From NCBI GenBank assembly GCA_001599295.1, contig BCGN01000005.1, forward strand, positions 744,001 through 808,000: a stretch of 64,000 bases of DNA, in the 5' to 3' direction. This DNA comes from Sporopachydermia quercuum (taxonomy: Eukaryota). Positions 21,136 through 33,602 of the stretch are shown piece by piece. The position numbers and the translations under genes were made by a program. Each line of letters opens with the position of its first letter. Position 1 is the first letter of the stretch. A model generated the notes under the pieces. The model ran no database searches. It was not told the origin of the DNA and saw only the letters and a list, made by a program, of their open reading frames with translations.

Positions 21136-24099
21136 ATGTTTGTTTATAAGCGAGGTATGTTTGAATTGATTGCCACATTTCTAACTATTCTTGAGATTTG
21201 AAGAAGTTTTGTTTCTTTCATATATTAACTAACACGCAATTTAGATGGTCGCAAAGAACGCGTCCAATTTGATAAGGTACACTATTTAATTAATGGAATA
21301 TTGATAATCATTAATAAGTAATAGACTACTGAAAATACTAATACCTCTTTTATAGATTACTGCTCGGATCTCACGACTATGTTACGGTTTATCAGCTGAG
21401 CATGTTGACGCAGTGAAAATCACCCAAAGAATCATCTCTGGCGTTTATGAAGGTGTAACCACAGTTGAATTAGATAACTTGGTAAGTGGATTTGGCATCT
21501 GTTATTTGTTGATGGTTTTGCATCGTTACTAACTTTTAATTCTCAGGCGGCTGAAATTGCTGCCTATATGACTACTATTCATCCTGATTATGCTATTTTG
21601 GCTGCTAGAATTGCTGTTTCAAATCTCCATAAACAAACCATCAAACAATTCTCTCAAGTCATGAAGGTTTTATATGAATACATTAACCCTAGAACGAGAA
21701 AACATTCTCCTATGATCTCAAAGGAGACTTATGACATTATTGCAAGACATGAAGAAGAATTGAATTCGGCTATTGTTTATGAACGCGATTTCAACTATAA
21801 TTACTTTGGTTTCAAAACATTAGAGCGATCTTATTTATTAAGAGTAGATGGCAAAGTCGCTGAAAGACCCCAGCACATGATTATGAGAGTTGCTGTTGGT
21901 ATTCATGGCGATGACATTGATAATGTTATCAAAACTTATAATTTGATGTCTTTGAAGTATTTCACTCATGCATCACCTACTTTGTTTAATGCTGGTACAC
22001 CTCAACCTCAAATGTCTTCTTGTTTCTTGGTTGCCATGAAGGAAGATTCAATTGAAGGCATTTACGATACTCTTAAAACATGTGCATTGATTTCCAAGAC
22101 TGCTGGTGGTATTGGTTTACATATCCATAATATTAGATCAACTGGTTCTTATATTGCTGGTACTAACGGAACATCTAATGGTATTATCCCCATGATGCGT
22201 GTTTTCAACAACACTGCTAGATATGTGGACCAAGGTGGTAATAAACGCCCTGGTGCTTTCGCTTTATACTTAGAACCTTGGCATCCTGATATCTTTGATT
22301 TCATTGACGTGAGAAAGAATCACGGAAAAGAAGAAATCAGAGCCAGAGATTTATTTGTTGCCTTATGGATTAGTGATTTATTTATGAAGAGAGTTGAGGC
22401 TGGCGGTGATTGGTCTTTCTTTTCACCTAATGAAGCTCCAGGTTTATCTGATTGTTACGGTAAAGAATTTGAAGCTTTGTATGAAAGATATGAACGTGAA
22501 GGAAGAGCTGTAAGAACAGTGAAAGCTCAAAAACTTTGGTACTCTATTTTGGAAGCTCAAACTGAAACTGGTGTCCCATTCATGCTTTATAAGGACGCTT
22601 GTAATGAGAAGTCCAATCAAAAGAATCTTGGTGTCATCAAATCAAGTAATTTATGCTGTGAAATTGTTGAATACTCTTCTCCTGATGAAGTTGCTGTATG
22701 TAATTTGGCTTCTCTTGCTTTACCTACTTTTGTTACTGGTGATAGTAAGAAGGGTTGGTACGATTTTGAGAAATTACATGAAGTCACTAAGGTCTTGGTT
22801 CATAATTTGAACAAAATCATTGATAGAAATTATTATCCTGTTCCTGAGGCCAAGTACTCCAACAAGAGAAATAGGCCTATTGCTATTGGTGTCCAAGGTC
22901 TTTCTGATGCCTTTATGGCATTAAGATTGCCATTTGATTCACCTGAAGCTAAACAATTGAATATCCAGATCTTTGAAACTATTTACCATGCTGCAGTTGA
23001 AGCCTCAGTTGACTTGGCCAAAATTGAAGGACCTTATCAAACTTATAAAACATCGCCAGCTGCTAAGGGTCAATTACAATTTGATCTTTGGGGTATTAAA
23101 CCAACTGATTTATGGGATTGGGATTCTTTGAAGAGACAAGTTGCTAAGCATGGAATTAGAAACTCTCTTTTAGTTGCTCCTATGCCAACTGCATCTACTT
23201 CTCAAATTCTTGGTTTCAATGAATGTTTCGAACCATATACTTCTAATATCTACTCTAGAAGAGTTTTGGCTGGTGAATTTCAAATTGTTAATCCATGGTT
23301 ACTTAAGGACCTTGTTGAATTGGGCATTTGGGATGATTCTATGAAGAACAAGATTATCGCTGATAATGGCTCTATTCAAAATATTACAAACATTCCAAAG
23401 GAATTGAAGGAATTGTACAAAACTACATGGGAATTATCTCAGAAAGTCATTATTGATATGGCTGCTGACAGAGGTCCATTCATTGATCAATCACAGTCAA
23501 TGAATATCTACATTAGAGAACCAACCATGAAAAAGCTTACTGCTATGCATTTCTACGGTTGGAAAAAGGGTCTTAAGACTGGTATGTACTATTTGAGAAC
23601 TCAAGCAGCAGCAGCAGCTATTCAGTTTACTGTTGATCAAGAGACTTTAGGTGAAAATGGTAAAACTGTTTCTATGGAAAATTTAAATAGAAAGGAGTAT
23701 GTTGCTAGAAAAACAGTCAAGCAGTCTGTCTACGAAGATGATGGTGCTGATTTCGTTACCCAAATTGAAGAAGAAATTGAAAGCAAAGAATTACCTGTTT
23801 CTCCTGATACTAGTTTTGAAGTTCAAAGTTCTATCAATTCTACTCCTGATACTTTAGCTTCATCTATTGAGAACTCAATTTCATCTTTACAACAAGTAAC
23901 TTTGAATGAAAAGTTTTCTTCTGAATCAGCTAATACCATTTCATCTGCTTCAGATGTGACTCCAGCATCGGAAACTGAAGATTTACCTGCGAAGCTTGAA
24001 GATGAAGAAGATGAAGATTACGCACAAAGGATTTTTGATGAAAAGGTTTTAGCATGCTCAATTGCTAATCCTGGGGCTTGCGAAATGTGCTCTGGTTAG
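21136..24099 (+). CDS. RNR1: Ribonucleotide reductase large subunit; exons 21136-21154, 21245-21276, 21356-21481, 21547-24099 (909 aa)
   Basis: Splicing restores the ATP cone [29 protein letters not shown]; catalytic [17 protein letters not shown]-terminal CEMCSG. Confidence 0.97.
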
Positions 24100-24467
24100 T
24101 AATATTGTGAACTTTTTTTATTGCTTATGATGTTATTTGGTAATTTTCTATTTCATTGGGTTTTGGTAATTTATTCTATCTATTCCATAGTTGCTTTTAT
24201 TATAAAGAATTGTTCATGATTCAGTCAGCTTTACATTATTTAGTGGAATTTTAGTTGTATGGTGCTTTATTGCTTTTGTTAAATAGAGTACATTGTATTA
24301 TAATATTATCTGTAATGTAAACTTGTCGGATAATGATTGTAGTTGCTCGAATAATACAGGAATATAAAAGAACTAATGCCTGTTGTCATCATGAAGATTT
24401 TCCGTATATTCTATTTAAACCATAATATTCGTCCCCTTTATTCTACTTACGCATACAAACAAATTCA

Positions 24468-27154
24468 TTAACCATTACTCCGCTTATAATATTTAGAAAT
24501 ACTAGGAAACTTACCGGTAGAACCACTGTCCGATACTGGACTTGATGGCCTACTAACAACTCTTCCTAACGCTGGCAACTTTTCAAATAATTGTTGAGCT
24601 ATCTGTGGCTTAACTAGATTATATTTCTTGATTCTCATACCAGGGTCTCTATAATCATCAGGAGATCCAACCTTCAGTAGTGTGATCGCTTGTCTTAATT
24701 CTGCAAATGTTGTCACTAAGGAGTAATTGTTTCCTTGTGTAGGATCCGAAACATGATTATCCCATTTCAACGACAAATTGGATATAAACTTCTCTAAATA
24801 CATGACATCCAAATCGAAATTATCTAAAGCTTCTCTTGTGATCATTGGACCTGTATCTAATAAAGCCTTCAATAATAAAGACGCTAAATGACTTAAAGCA
24901 TTGTAATACAAGAATCCCTTTATTTTCTCTGGCAAGTTGACAAAAGTTGAACTAATCATCATTTCAAGATAATTCGCTAGATCAACAATATACGCCGATG
25001 GTTCTAAATTTCTAGTAGTTGTTGACCAATTCCAATCAGCCAATTCCAGGAAATCTTCCATTTTCTCATTAGCCATTTTAAACACATTGGATTCTGCTTT
25101 CTTGTAGGCAGACTGTAGAGTTTGCGTTGCCGGTAACGTGAAGTTATACTTTGTAGTTGATAATGAACATTCGTTTAATGTTTTAGTTAATTCTTTTGAT
25201 GCTAGAATGAAAAACTCAAAATTGATTAAGGTTTGAGCCATTTGTTCTCTTGACGTTTGATCAAGCCTGCTAAGTAATGTATCACATACTAATTTGACTA
25301 AAATATCATTCACAGCATTTCTTAATAAAGCATCGATTTCGGCTGGATTATTTAGCAAAAACTCTTCGGCAAACTTGTAATGATTATTGATGAAATTTCG
25401 TATTTGAGCACAACAAACAGGGAATAATTGTGAAAATGGTAGTACTCTTGGAAATGGTTTTGATAATTCAGAAGCATCAGGTTTATACCATGATACTTTA
25501 ATGATCTTATTATAGAGCTCTTCAGAGTTAATAACCATTGGCATAGCATCATCTTCAAGTAAAGAGTCTTGGAAATGAGTTGCAAAATTAAATTTAAGTA
25601 AATGGGAATATCTTTTGAATATATCAATTAGAAAACCATGCAAAGCCTTTGGGTCATAACCATAAGATTCCACTACCTGTAAGAATTCTCCAACGATTTC
25701 TCTAATAGCCAGGAGCTCATCAATATTATCAACTTTTGAAACGTATGAAGTTAAGCATCTAATATATTTCTGAGCAGTAGATGACCAAGCATATTCTATT
25801 TCAGCTTCAGACGATAATTTATATCTCGTACTTTGCATAACTGTTCTTTCTATAACGGCAAACGCTGCAAGCTTTTCTGTAAGACTTCTTAGCACTTCCA
25901 GGTTCATGTTATTAGTATCAATATCAGGCAAGGTACTAGGTTGTGATGCTGATCTTGAATGCCCTTTATAAATAAACGATGAGAGTTTATCACTTCTTTT
26001 GATCCATTCTTTTTTATAGCTCTTTTTCAATTCTTCATCTTCGCCCAAATAATCAAATACAAATATAGCATTGAATATTGGTTTTAGATCTATATGCATC
26101 ATTTTCACCATACTGAAGTTATCACGATCCCGAAGACTGACTTCAACAGGTGAATTCACAGCATATATTTTGAGTGAAGGGTTGTGTTTAACCCTGGATT
26201 TCCATTGTTTTCGTAATTGAGCTGTTCTTGACATAGCTAATGACCCAATTTCGGTTGATTGACGATCTATCGTTAGTAGAAAAGATCTTACATCATTGAG
26301 AATATCTTCTTTAATTATATTTCGTAAGGTAGGTAGCGAGCCGTCTGTAGAAATGATACGTTAGTATACTGCTATTGAGTAAGAATGAAGACATTGATGA
26401 TATATACATACAAATGTGTTTAGCGAAATCATATTGCATGATTTCCGATAAATGAATATCATGAAGTTCATCCAATGCTTTTAAAGCAGGAAAATGTTGT
26501 TTTTGTTTGATCATTTCATGTACCTTGTTTGTTAAATCTAACACCTGTAGACAACTACTTAGTACTAGTGATAGCTCATCTATTCTATCAGCAACTTGTT
26601 TATAATCGATATATAGCTTCTTTTTAACAACTAGTTCTTGACCAGACTGATGAAGCCTGTTATCAATATCTAATATTTGTTCTTGGATTCCTAATGCCCT
26701 TTGATTGACTTTAACTAAATCGTCGACGGATCCCAAAATTGTCTATTTGTAGGCGAAATAGTTAGTACAGTACATTGAAAAGGAAAAACTAAGACATATA
26801 AGCAATAGCCACGCATCAATGGACATATTTTGAAAAAATACTAATACTCACATCTTCACACGTTCGACACGCATTTTCTAATTCTTCTTCTTTCTCTTGA
26901 GATGATATCTTTAATCGATCAATCAAGTTCTCCAGCTGGTTAGCTTCAATTGACTCAGTTATCACTAATGATACTTGCTCCAAATAATCATTTGAAGATC
27001 CATAAGAGCCAGTGTTATTACCTAATGTTCCATCATTGCTATTTGATAAAAGATTTTGTAGATGATTTGATATCTTGTTCAGTTGATCATCATTAACACT
27101 CATATTACTAACAACTGACCCTTTCCGCGGGTTATTGTCTAACGTAATAACCAT
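24468..27154 (-). CDS. SEC15: Exocyst subunit Sec15; exons 27154-26852, 26742-26412, 26344-24468 (836 aa)
   Basis: Three ORF pieces join in frame through GTGAGT and GTATGT donors with TACTAAC branch points; Sec15 motifs EDDAMPM, FPRVLPFSQLFP, FAELRQ. Confidence 0.92.
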
Positions 27155-27951
27155 ACTTAGATAAATGTTTGAATGTTTAATACTTCTACTCCTTTCCTTC
27201 CTATCCTTTTTCCAATCAATTCTCTCAATAAGGCTTCGAAAACTGCTTCCTTTTTATTATAGCTGGGACTTCTCTTGCAGTTCCCTTCACAAGTCTTCGT
27301 CATTTGAACACCACCACTCCTTCAATTATCTGTACGCTTCTTTTTTCCCTGGCTAAATGTAATTGAGACTCTATGATAATCAATCTCACACTACTTCGTC
27401 ACAACATAGAATCTGCCAACAATCAATTAATCTGTATATTCTTATATCATACCAAGAAGCTATGCCAAATAGGCTTTCTTCTACGCAGCCCATACACTGA
27501 CTACAAGAAACTTCCACACTTTATCAGCCAGTCTTTGTTTCCACTCTGTTTGTTGATGATCGTTGTTTTATCTCAAAAGGGCATTGATGTCAGAAGTCTT
27601 ATGAACACCCCCGGAAAATGGACTAACAGGAGACGTGTTTTCTCCCGGATTAAATGTATTCGAGTGTAACTGATAGAGTAATCATAGAATATGATAATTG
27701 AACTATATTGATATTTGGGTGAGAGATTATCAATATCACTCTAACCAAAATTTCTAATTGAGGATGTTGGTGATTTCCTTGAACTAGGAAAATTGGGGAT
27801 TATTCTACCTATAAGGATAATTTTTGACTAATGAAATTACAAATGAAGTGTAGTATTGCTAGATACATTATGCATTTAAACTAATGGTCAGGTATCATAG
27901 TAAGTAACCACAAACATAGCAACACAGACTTGAATCATAACAAAAGGAAGC

Positions 27952-29040
27952 ATGTCAGAAGAATCTATTGGAGACACTGCTATTAGAAATAGGGTTCTGA
28001 TAATAGGCCCGCCAAAAACTGGAAAACTGCGTATCATTAATGACATATTTGGCTCATTACCGCCGGAAATTCCCCAGGAGTCACATTCGGGCATCACTCA
28101 TGATGTTACGATAAGTAACAAATACTACAACGCAGATGTATGTGTTTGGGTAGATGAATTTGGTGCCCGAGATGAACAGAATATGAGTCAAAAACAATTG
28201 AAGAAGGAAATTGAAGAGTGGTGTGATCTGTTTTTGTCTGAAGAAGCTAAAGAAGTACGGGAAGCTATTGCTGTTGTAGTTTTCACTTTTGACCTTTATC
28301 AATCTTACGAGTATGCCCTGGAATCATTTGAGCCTTTGCTTTCATTTATAGAAAGTCTTCAACAAGAACGACAACAGGAGAGGATAATTGAAGAAGAGAG
28401 TGATAATAATGATAATGATGATTTTTCGAAAGATAACTCTGAATTACTGGTTATAGCCGTTGGATTTCCCGTAGATGATTCAGATGGGCTTGAGTTTATA
28501 AAAGAAAATGAAACCTCTTTAGAATCTGCTATAGTGAAGATTGAAGAAAATCTTGAAGATAGATTTCTGAACTATGGAATTGAATTCATAAATGGTGCTA
28601 AGAGAGAAGACAAGAATGAGTATGGAGAGAATGTAGGATTGGCACGGTTGAAGGAAGCAATTGATTCATACCCGTGGAGTACGATGAAAGTTGATAATGA
28701 TGATTATGCTGTGCTATATGAAGAGGCAAATAATGAAATCAAGTCTGAATTGGATTTCGAAGATTTCTTTGGAGACGTACCTCATCTTGATACCTTGAAA
28801 TCTATGGTTCAAAGATTGAATCTGAGTGGTAGATCTGATGAGACTGATAGACGTACTACAAATAATGGGAACAAAAAGGACATAAACGAGTATAATGGAG
28901 ACGATCAATCCATTGAGCAGCTCAATGAGATTATAAAACGTGCATATGAAGTGAGAGCAAAAGTGAAACTGATTGAGTCAGAAGATGAGAAGAAAAAATT
29001 TAGTAGAGAGTTCGTGGAAGAAATAATGAAACTTGTATAG
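27952..29040 (+). CDS. IRC6: Adaptin-binding protein Irc6 (p34/AAGAB family)
   Basis: LIIGPPKTGK, SHSG, ISNKYY, VWVDEF, NEYGENVGLARLKEAID..W. Confidence 0.88.
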   Translation: MSEESIGDTAIRNRVLIIGPPKTGKLRIINDIFGSLPPEIPQESHSGITHDVTISNKYYNADVCVWVDEFGARDEQNMSQKQLKKEIEEWCDLFLSEEAKEVREAIAVVVFTFDLYQSYEYALESFEPLLSFIESLQQERQQERIIEEESDNNDNDDFSKDNSELLVIAVGFPVDDSDGLEFIKENETSLESAIVKIEENLEDRFLNYGIEFINGAKREDKNEYGENVGLARLKEAIDSYPWSTMKVDNDDYAVLYEEANNEIKSELDFEDFFGDVPHLDTLKSMVQRLNLSGRSDETDRRTTNNGNKKDINEYNGDDQSIEQLNEIIKRAYEVRAKVKLIESEDEKKKFSREFVEEIMKLV

Positions 29041-29360
29041 CTGTTCCTAGCAATGGAGATGGAAAAACTGAAGGTTCGGTACTCTTTTACGTACGTAGTC
29101 GTAATAATACAATGTTAGTAATCTTTAGCGAGAGCAAATTGTTCATTGATTCATTCATTATATGCCTATACCCTAATTAATAATGAAAGTCATTGATTAA
29201 TTCAAATTCAGTATTTTAATAATACTTTAATGCGAATTTCACTTTTGTGTTGCTGTGGAAAGCCCGACGATATTTCATTGAATTTACAATGCAATACATC
29301 AGACTGATTATTCTTAGTCTTACTAATATTTTCATTTGATTTCATTTACTGGTTGATTTG

Positions 29361-30224
29361 TCAATCAACTTTGANATGTTGCCATCTCAAGGCGCAAAGC
29401 TTTTTCTTTCTCAAACTTGAATTATGCCAAAAGGTGATTCCCATAATAACCAACATATATCCAAGGGCTCCTTTTGCTACTAAAGCATAATCATAATCTA
29501 ACTCAACTTTCGAGATATACTTGAACGACAACAAAAGCATTACAATATCAGCCTGTATTTCTATTGGTATCGATACTAAAGGCACACTAAATCTTATCCA
29601 TTGAAGCCAGTATGGTACATCAATCAAAGGATATAAAGATACATTAGGCTCCAAGTTAGTACTTTTAGATTTATTGATCTCGAACACTCTTTTCAAGTAA
29701 AGTTTTTTCTTATTCTTGGATGTAAGCGTCAAGTACCTTATACCTTCAAATCCATATCTGATTATATCAAACAGGCAGACAGCTATCAACGAATAGCTAA
29801 AACTCTGATGTTTGCATACAACTGGGAACACATCGAACACAACAAATAGCATATAAAGTCTCAAGAGTAAATATGAAAAAGGTACAGGTCCCAAATTTGT
29901 TGATTGAAAGCCGAAAGCCCAATGTATTATATCTAGCACGTTAAATAGCTGAACTTTTTGATAGAAAAACAGTATACCTGCTGGTAGAAATTTTTTCCCT
30001 ACTAAAGGAAGTAAGATAAGAAACCTAGCAAATAACGCCAACCATAGACTTGCGGATACAAAGTTGTAGAATATGAAATATTTCTCTTTCAACGTCCGTT
30101 TCAATAACTGGTCAATTATTTTCCTTTTCTTAGGATCAAGCTTTGCCTCTTCTTGAGCCAGGTTGTTATTACTAGAGTTCCCAATGTCATTATGAGTAGT
30201 AGTGGTACGTGGTTTAGTGCTCAT
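29361..30224 (-). CDS. Phs1/PTPLA-like ER membrane protein (divergent 3-hydroxyacyl-CoA dehydratase homologue)
   Basis: YNFVSASLW, DIIRY, PYWLQWIRF motifs; multiple transmembrane segments; first ATG at 30224. Confidence 0.72.
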   Translation of the reverse strand: MSTKPRTTTTHNDIGNSSNNNLAQEEAKLDPKKRKIIDQLLKRTLKEKYFIFYNFVSASLWLALFARFLILLPLVGKKFLPAGILFFYQKVQLFNVLDIIHWAFGFQSTNLGPVPFSYLLLRLYMLFVVFDVFPVVCKHQSFSYSLIAVCLFDIIRYGFEGIRYLTLTSKNKKKLYLKRVFEINKSKSTNLEPNVSLYPLIDVPYWLQWIRFSVPLVSIPIEIQADIVMLLLSFKYISKVELDYDYALVAKGALGYMLVIMGITFWHNSSLRKKKLCALRWQHXKVD

Positions 30225-30866
30225 TGTCGATACGAACGATAATGATATCAAACAAAAGCGAAAAGAAACAATTAAACAATTGTATTGATATCGTCAATTT
30301 GTTAGTAATAAAGAGAAATCAGGTCTAACTAATTCATATATGATTTGCTTGTAAGGCTAATGAAAATGATACTTGGTAATTGTTGATTCAAATAATAAAG
30401 ATTAAAAATAGAAATCTCTACTAACGATGACTTGACATCAAATCTTTTATGATGATTTGGAGATAATTAGACTATCATTTCCGAAATTTTAATTTAAATA
30501 TGCAAAACAGAAAAAGGTTAACTTTCACGAAACTCGAAATGATTGCATATTTTCCGTCTTAAAACATATATGTGAAATATTCTGAGGGTAGGTATATCAT
30601 CAGTATTTTAGTAAAAGATACTAAATATGATAGTTGGGCTTCCCTAAATCATTATCAATAATTGCAATTGTTATTCATTCGGTCTATTGATTAATTACTT
30701 GCACGTAACTCATTAATACTATCGTCTACTGGTTGGACAGACACTACTTGATTAGAATAACGGGGAAATCATAGTTGTATTTACTGGTCTCTGGAAAACT
30801 CTCATTCAACTAGCCTCAATTGGCTAATCAACTCCTACATTATACATCAAACGTGGTGCATCAACC

Positions 30867-32012
30867 ATGAGACTCAAGTTCTGGCTGTCAATTCTCTGTT
30901 TTGCTTGTGCAGCACTGGCATGGACGAAAGAAGATTATGAACTTTTTGAGATTCAATCCCAAATTACAGAAGACCTAGGTCGTGATGCAACACTGTATTC
31001 TTGGTTAGACTTACCTAAAGGTCCGAAATCCTCTTTTGAAGAAATCAACAAAGCATATAGAAAACTGTCACGGAAAATTCATCCCGATAAATTGAAATTC
31101 AAAAATGCCAAGTCCAAGCGCGAAAGAAAATTACTAAAGAAGAAGGCTACTGATAGATTTGCTCGTCTGAGCGTGGTTGGTGTTATTCTAAGGGGACCAC
31201 GTAAGGAAAGATACGATTATTTTCTTGAAAAGGGATTCCCCAAGTGGACGGGCAGAGGATACTTCTATACAAAATATAGACCTGGTTTAATTGGAGTTCT
31301 ATTAGGTTTATATGTGTTCGGTTTTGGACTAGTTCATTACGGGGTTCTAGTTTTGAATACTAGAAGTGAGAGAGGAAGACTTGAAAATTATATTGAGTCA
31401 ATTAGAGAAGAAGCTTGGAAATCAAATGGAGGGCTTCCACCAGCTGATTTCGGCTCTCGTAAAATCAGAATGAACAATGGATCAAAAGAAATTGATTTCA
31501 GAGTTGATTTTGATGGTTCAGTCTATTTAGTTGGATATGATGATGAGAATGCTCTATCTAATATTGATATGGACAGTGAAGATGGTGAGTACGAAGAAGA
31601 AGATGGTTGGGAAGTAATTAATGGAAACGGAAAGAAATCTGAGAATGTACGCGAAAAATTGAGGAAACGTCAACAAAAAGCCGCAGCAGAACGAAAAAAG
31701 AAGAACAAACAGAATAATCAAAAAGATAAGAAATCAAAGAAGGAAGGTAATGAAAATGATGGAATCTCATATCATCGCTTGGATATCTCCGATATACCGG
31801 AAGCATCTATTGATAAAACACTATTAATTAGGTCTTTGAAAGCAATTTACAGTTGTACATTAGGAAAGGTAGTGAATACTTCAAAAAGAGAAGGATCTTT
31901 TGGCGCTGAGACAAATGATAAAAACTCATCTGACCCAGCCATAATCAAATCAACTGATGAGTCTATCTTAGCAGGTAATAAGATCATTCAAAAGAGAAAA
32001 AAGAGAAATTGA
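30867..32012 (+). CDS. ERJ5: ER-luminal J-domain protein Erj5
   Basis: Signal peptide + AWTKEDYELF, J domain with HPDK, RYDYFLEKGFPKW, transmembrane segment. Confidence 0.92.
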   Translation: MRLKFWLSILCFACAALAWTKEDYELFEIQSQITEDLGRDATLYSWLDLPKGPKSSFEEINKAYRKLSRKIHPDKLKFKNAKSKRERKLLKKKATDRFARLSVVGVILRGPRKERYDYFLEKGFPKWTGRGYFYTKYRPGLIGVLLGLYVFGFGLVHYGVLVLNTRSERGRLENYIESIREEAWKSNGGLPPADFGSRKIRMNNGSKEIDFRVDFDGSVYLVGYDDENALSNIDMDSEDGEYEEEDGWEVINGNGKKSENVREKLRKRQQKAAAERKKKNKQNNQKDKKSKKEGNENDGISYHRLDISDIPEASIDKTLLIRSLKAIYSCTLGKVVNTSKREGSFGAETNDKNSSDPAIIKSTDESILAGNKIIQKRKKRN

Positions 32013-32282
32013 GTACTCTTCAAACTATTAATATCCTTTCTTAGTTCATATTATAATGTACGAATAATCATCTTTTTTCTTTCTTGGAAATGAACATCTC
32101 ATGTTTACACTTATCCACCTTATAAGCTAATTAGAGTTCCATTCTATTNCTTTGAAACAGAACCTAAATTTTCCGCAGCAGTTTGTATAAATCTCCTAAT
32201 CCATTCTCATAAGGGAACCAATCAATATAATTAAAATCCATGAACAATGGTGCGACCTATAACAGCAAATTTTCTGTGTGGG

Positions 32283-32927
32283 TCATAGCTTGGAACACTC
32301 ACCTTCTTGGACATGGAAATTAATCTTAAAGCCTGGTTCAAAATAACACTCCTCACAATCTTCCTCAGGTACACCATTTTCGTGAATTAATACAGCGAAG
32401 TCCAAAGTTTCCTTCAATGCGACCATTGGTGCATGCCACGTACCAACACCATAAGTAACTGCCTGATTTCCCTTAGCAATAAATGCTCTAATTGTTTTAG
32501 GATCAGGCAAGCCATCGCCACTTTCCTTTGCTACAATAACCAAATAGCCGGTACTAGCTTTATCTCTACCCATTGGAACAAATGTCTGAGTAGAGTAAGG
32601 ATGTCTTTCAAGTACCTTTGACAAATAGGTTGCTGATAAAGGCATTCTACTGTCCCATGTGATCAAATGTTCTGGTGGTGAACATCGGAAAATATTCCAA
32701 TTAGCTACAGCAGGGACACCACTTGGTGCAGACGTGTAAGAGTTAATAATGGGTGATGCTTTGAATATCTTTATTGCCGTTCCATAGTTAGCTGATGATG
32801 TACAAACTGTTGAAACTTGATGATCTGCTGACAGTACACCTCCAAAGTCAGCAAACGAGTCCGGTGACAATGGTATGACATCTACTGGTGCAATATTCTC
32901 CACATTAAAAGTTTTCAAAGGAGCCAT
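32283..32927 (-). CDS. DAL3: Ureidoglycolate lyase/hydrolase
   Basis: SANYGTAIK, VLERHPYSTQTFVPM, QAVTYGVGTWHAPM; ends -SKL; first ATG at 32927. Confidence 0.93.
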   Translation of the reverse strand: MAPLKTFNVENIAPVDVIPLSPDSFADFGGVLSADHQVSTVCTSSANYGTAIKIFKASPIINSYTSAPSGVPAVANWNIFRCSPPEHLITWDSRMPLSATYLSKVLERHPYSTQTFVPMGRDKASTGYLVIVAKESGDGLPDPKTIRAFIAKGNQAVTYGVGTWHAPMVALKETLDFAVLIHENGVPEEDCEECYFEPGFKINFHVQEGECSKL

Positions 32928-33224
32928 TATGTCTATTTCTCCAAAGTATGAGTATGCTGTTTTATTAGTCGATAACCTGAGGCTAATCAAAATATACAAC
33001 TAGAATATGCTGAATGCGTACGATTTCCTTTTGAGAACGACAGACAATCATACAATCATATTCTGCTACTTTGTTGTGGTTCCTCCAAAAAGTAAAACTA
33101 CTCCTACTATTTTTCTCTACCTTTATATATCATTACGAATGTTTGTAAGCTTTCGTTAGCTCCTTTATCAGGCTTCGTCACAAGCAATTACCTATATCCA
33201 AATCCTCATTTGTTCATCAAAATC

Positions 33225-33320
33225 AGCTTCTTATCAAGCTGTCCCGGCGAAGCGCACTAAAAACCACTGTTTAATCACGTGCGTAGATAAGGCAAATAAT
33301 GTCCACATTTATCACGTGCT
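33225..33320. promoter_or_regulatory. GATA (nitrogen regulation) sites and two CACGTG E-boxes in the DAL3/GLC8 divergent promoter
   Basis: CTTATC at about 33230, GATAAG at about 33286, TCACGTG at about 33275 and 33312. Confidence 0.5.
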
Positions 33321-33602
33321 TTAAATGTGATCGTGTCCGGTTCTTACGAGAAACATGCGGTCCATCTAAGCTTCCTACAGTTGTAGAAATACCTAAGGAG
33401 CAGTTGATAACAAGGAAGAGAATAATCTAGAACAGAAGCTGTTAACAACAAGAGATTCGTATTTAATGATAATTATTTTATTTGAATGAACGGTCTTTTG
33501 GAACTCAATAACCGAAATTGATTTATTGGATCAGACCTCAATAGTTAAACCATATCATTCTTACGATATCAACAAACAGTTGTTGCTGAGCTTCATACAA
33601 TT

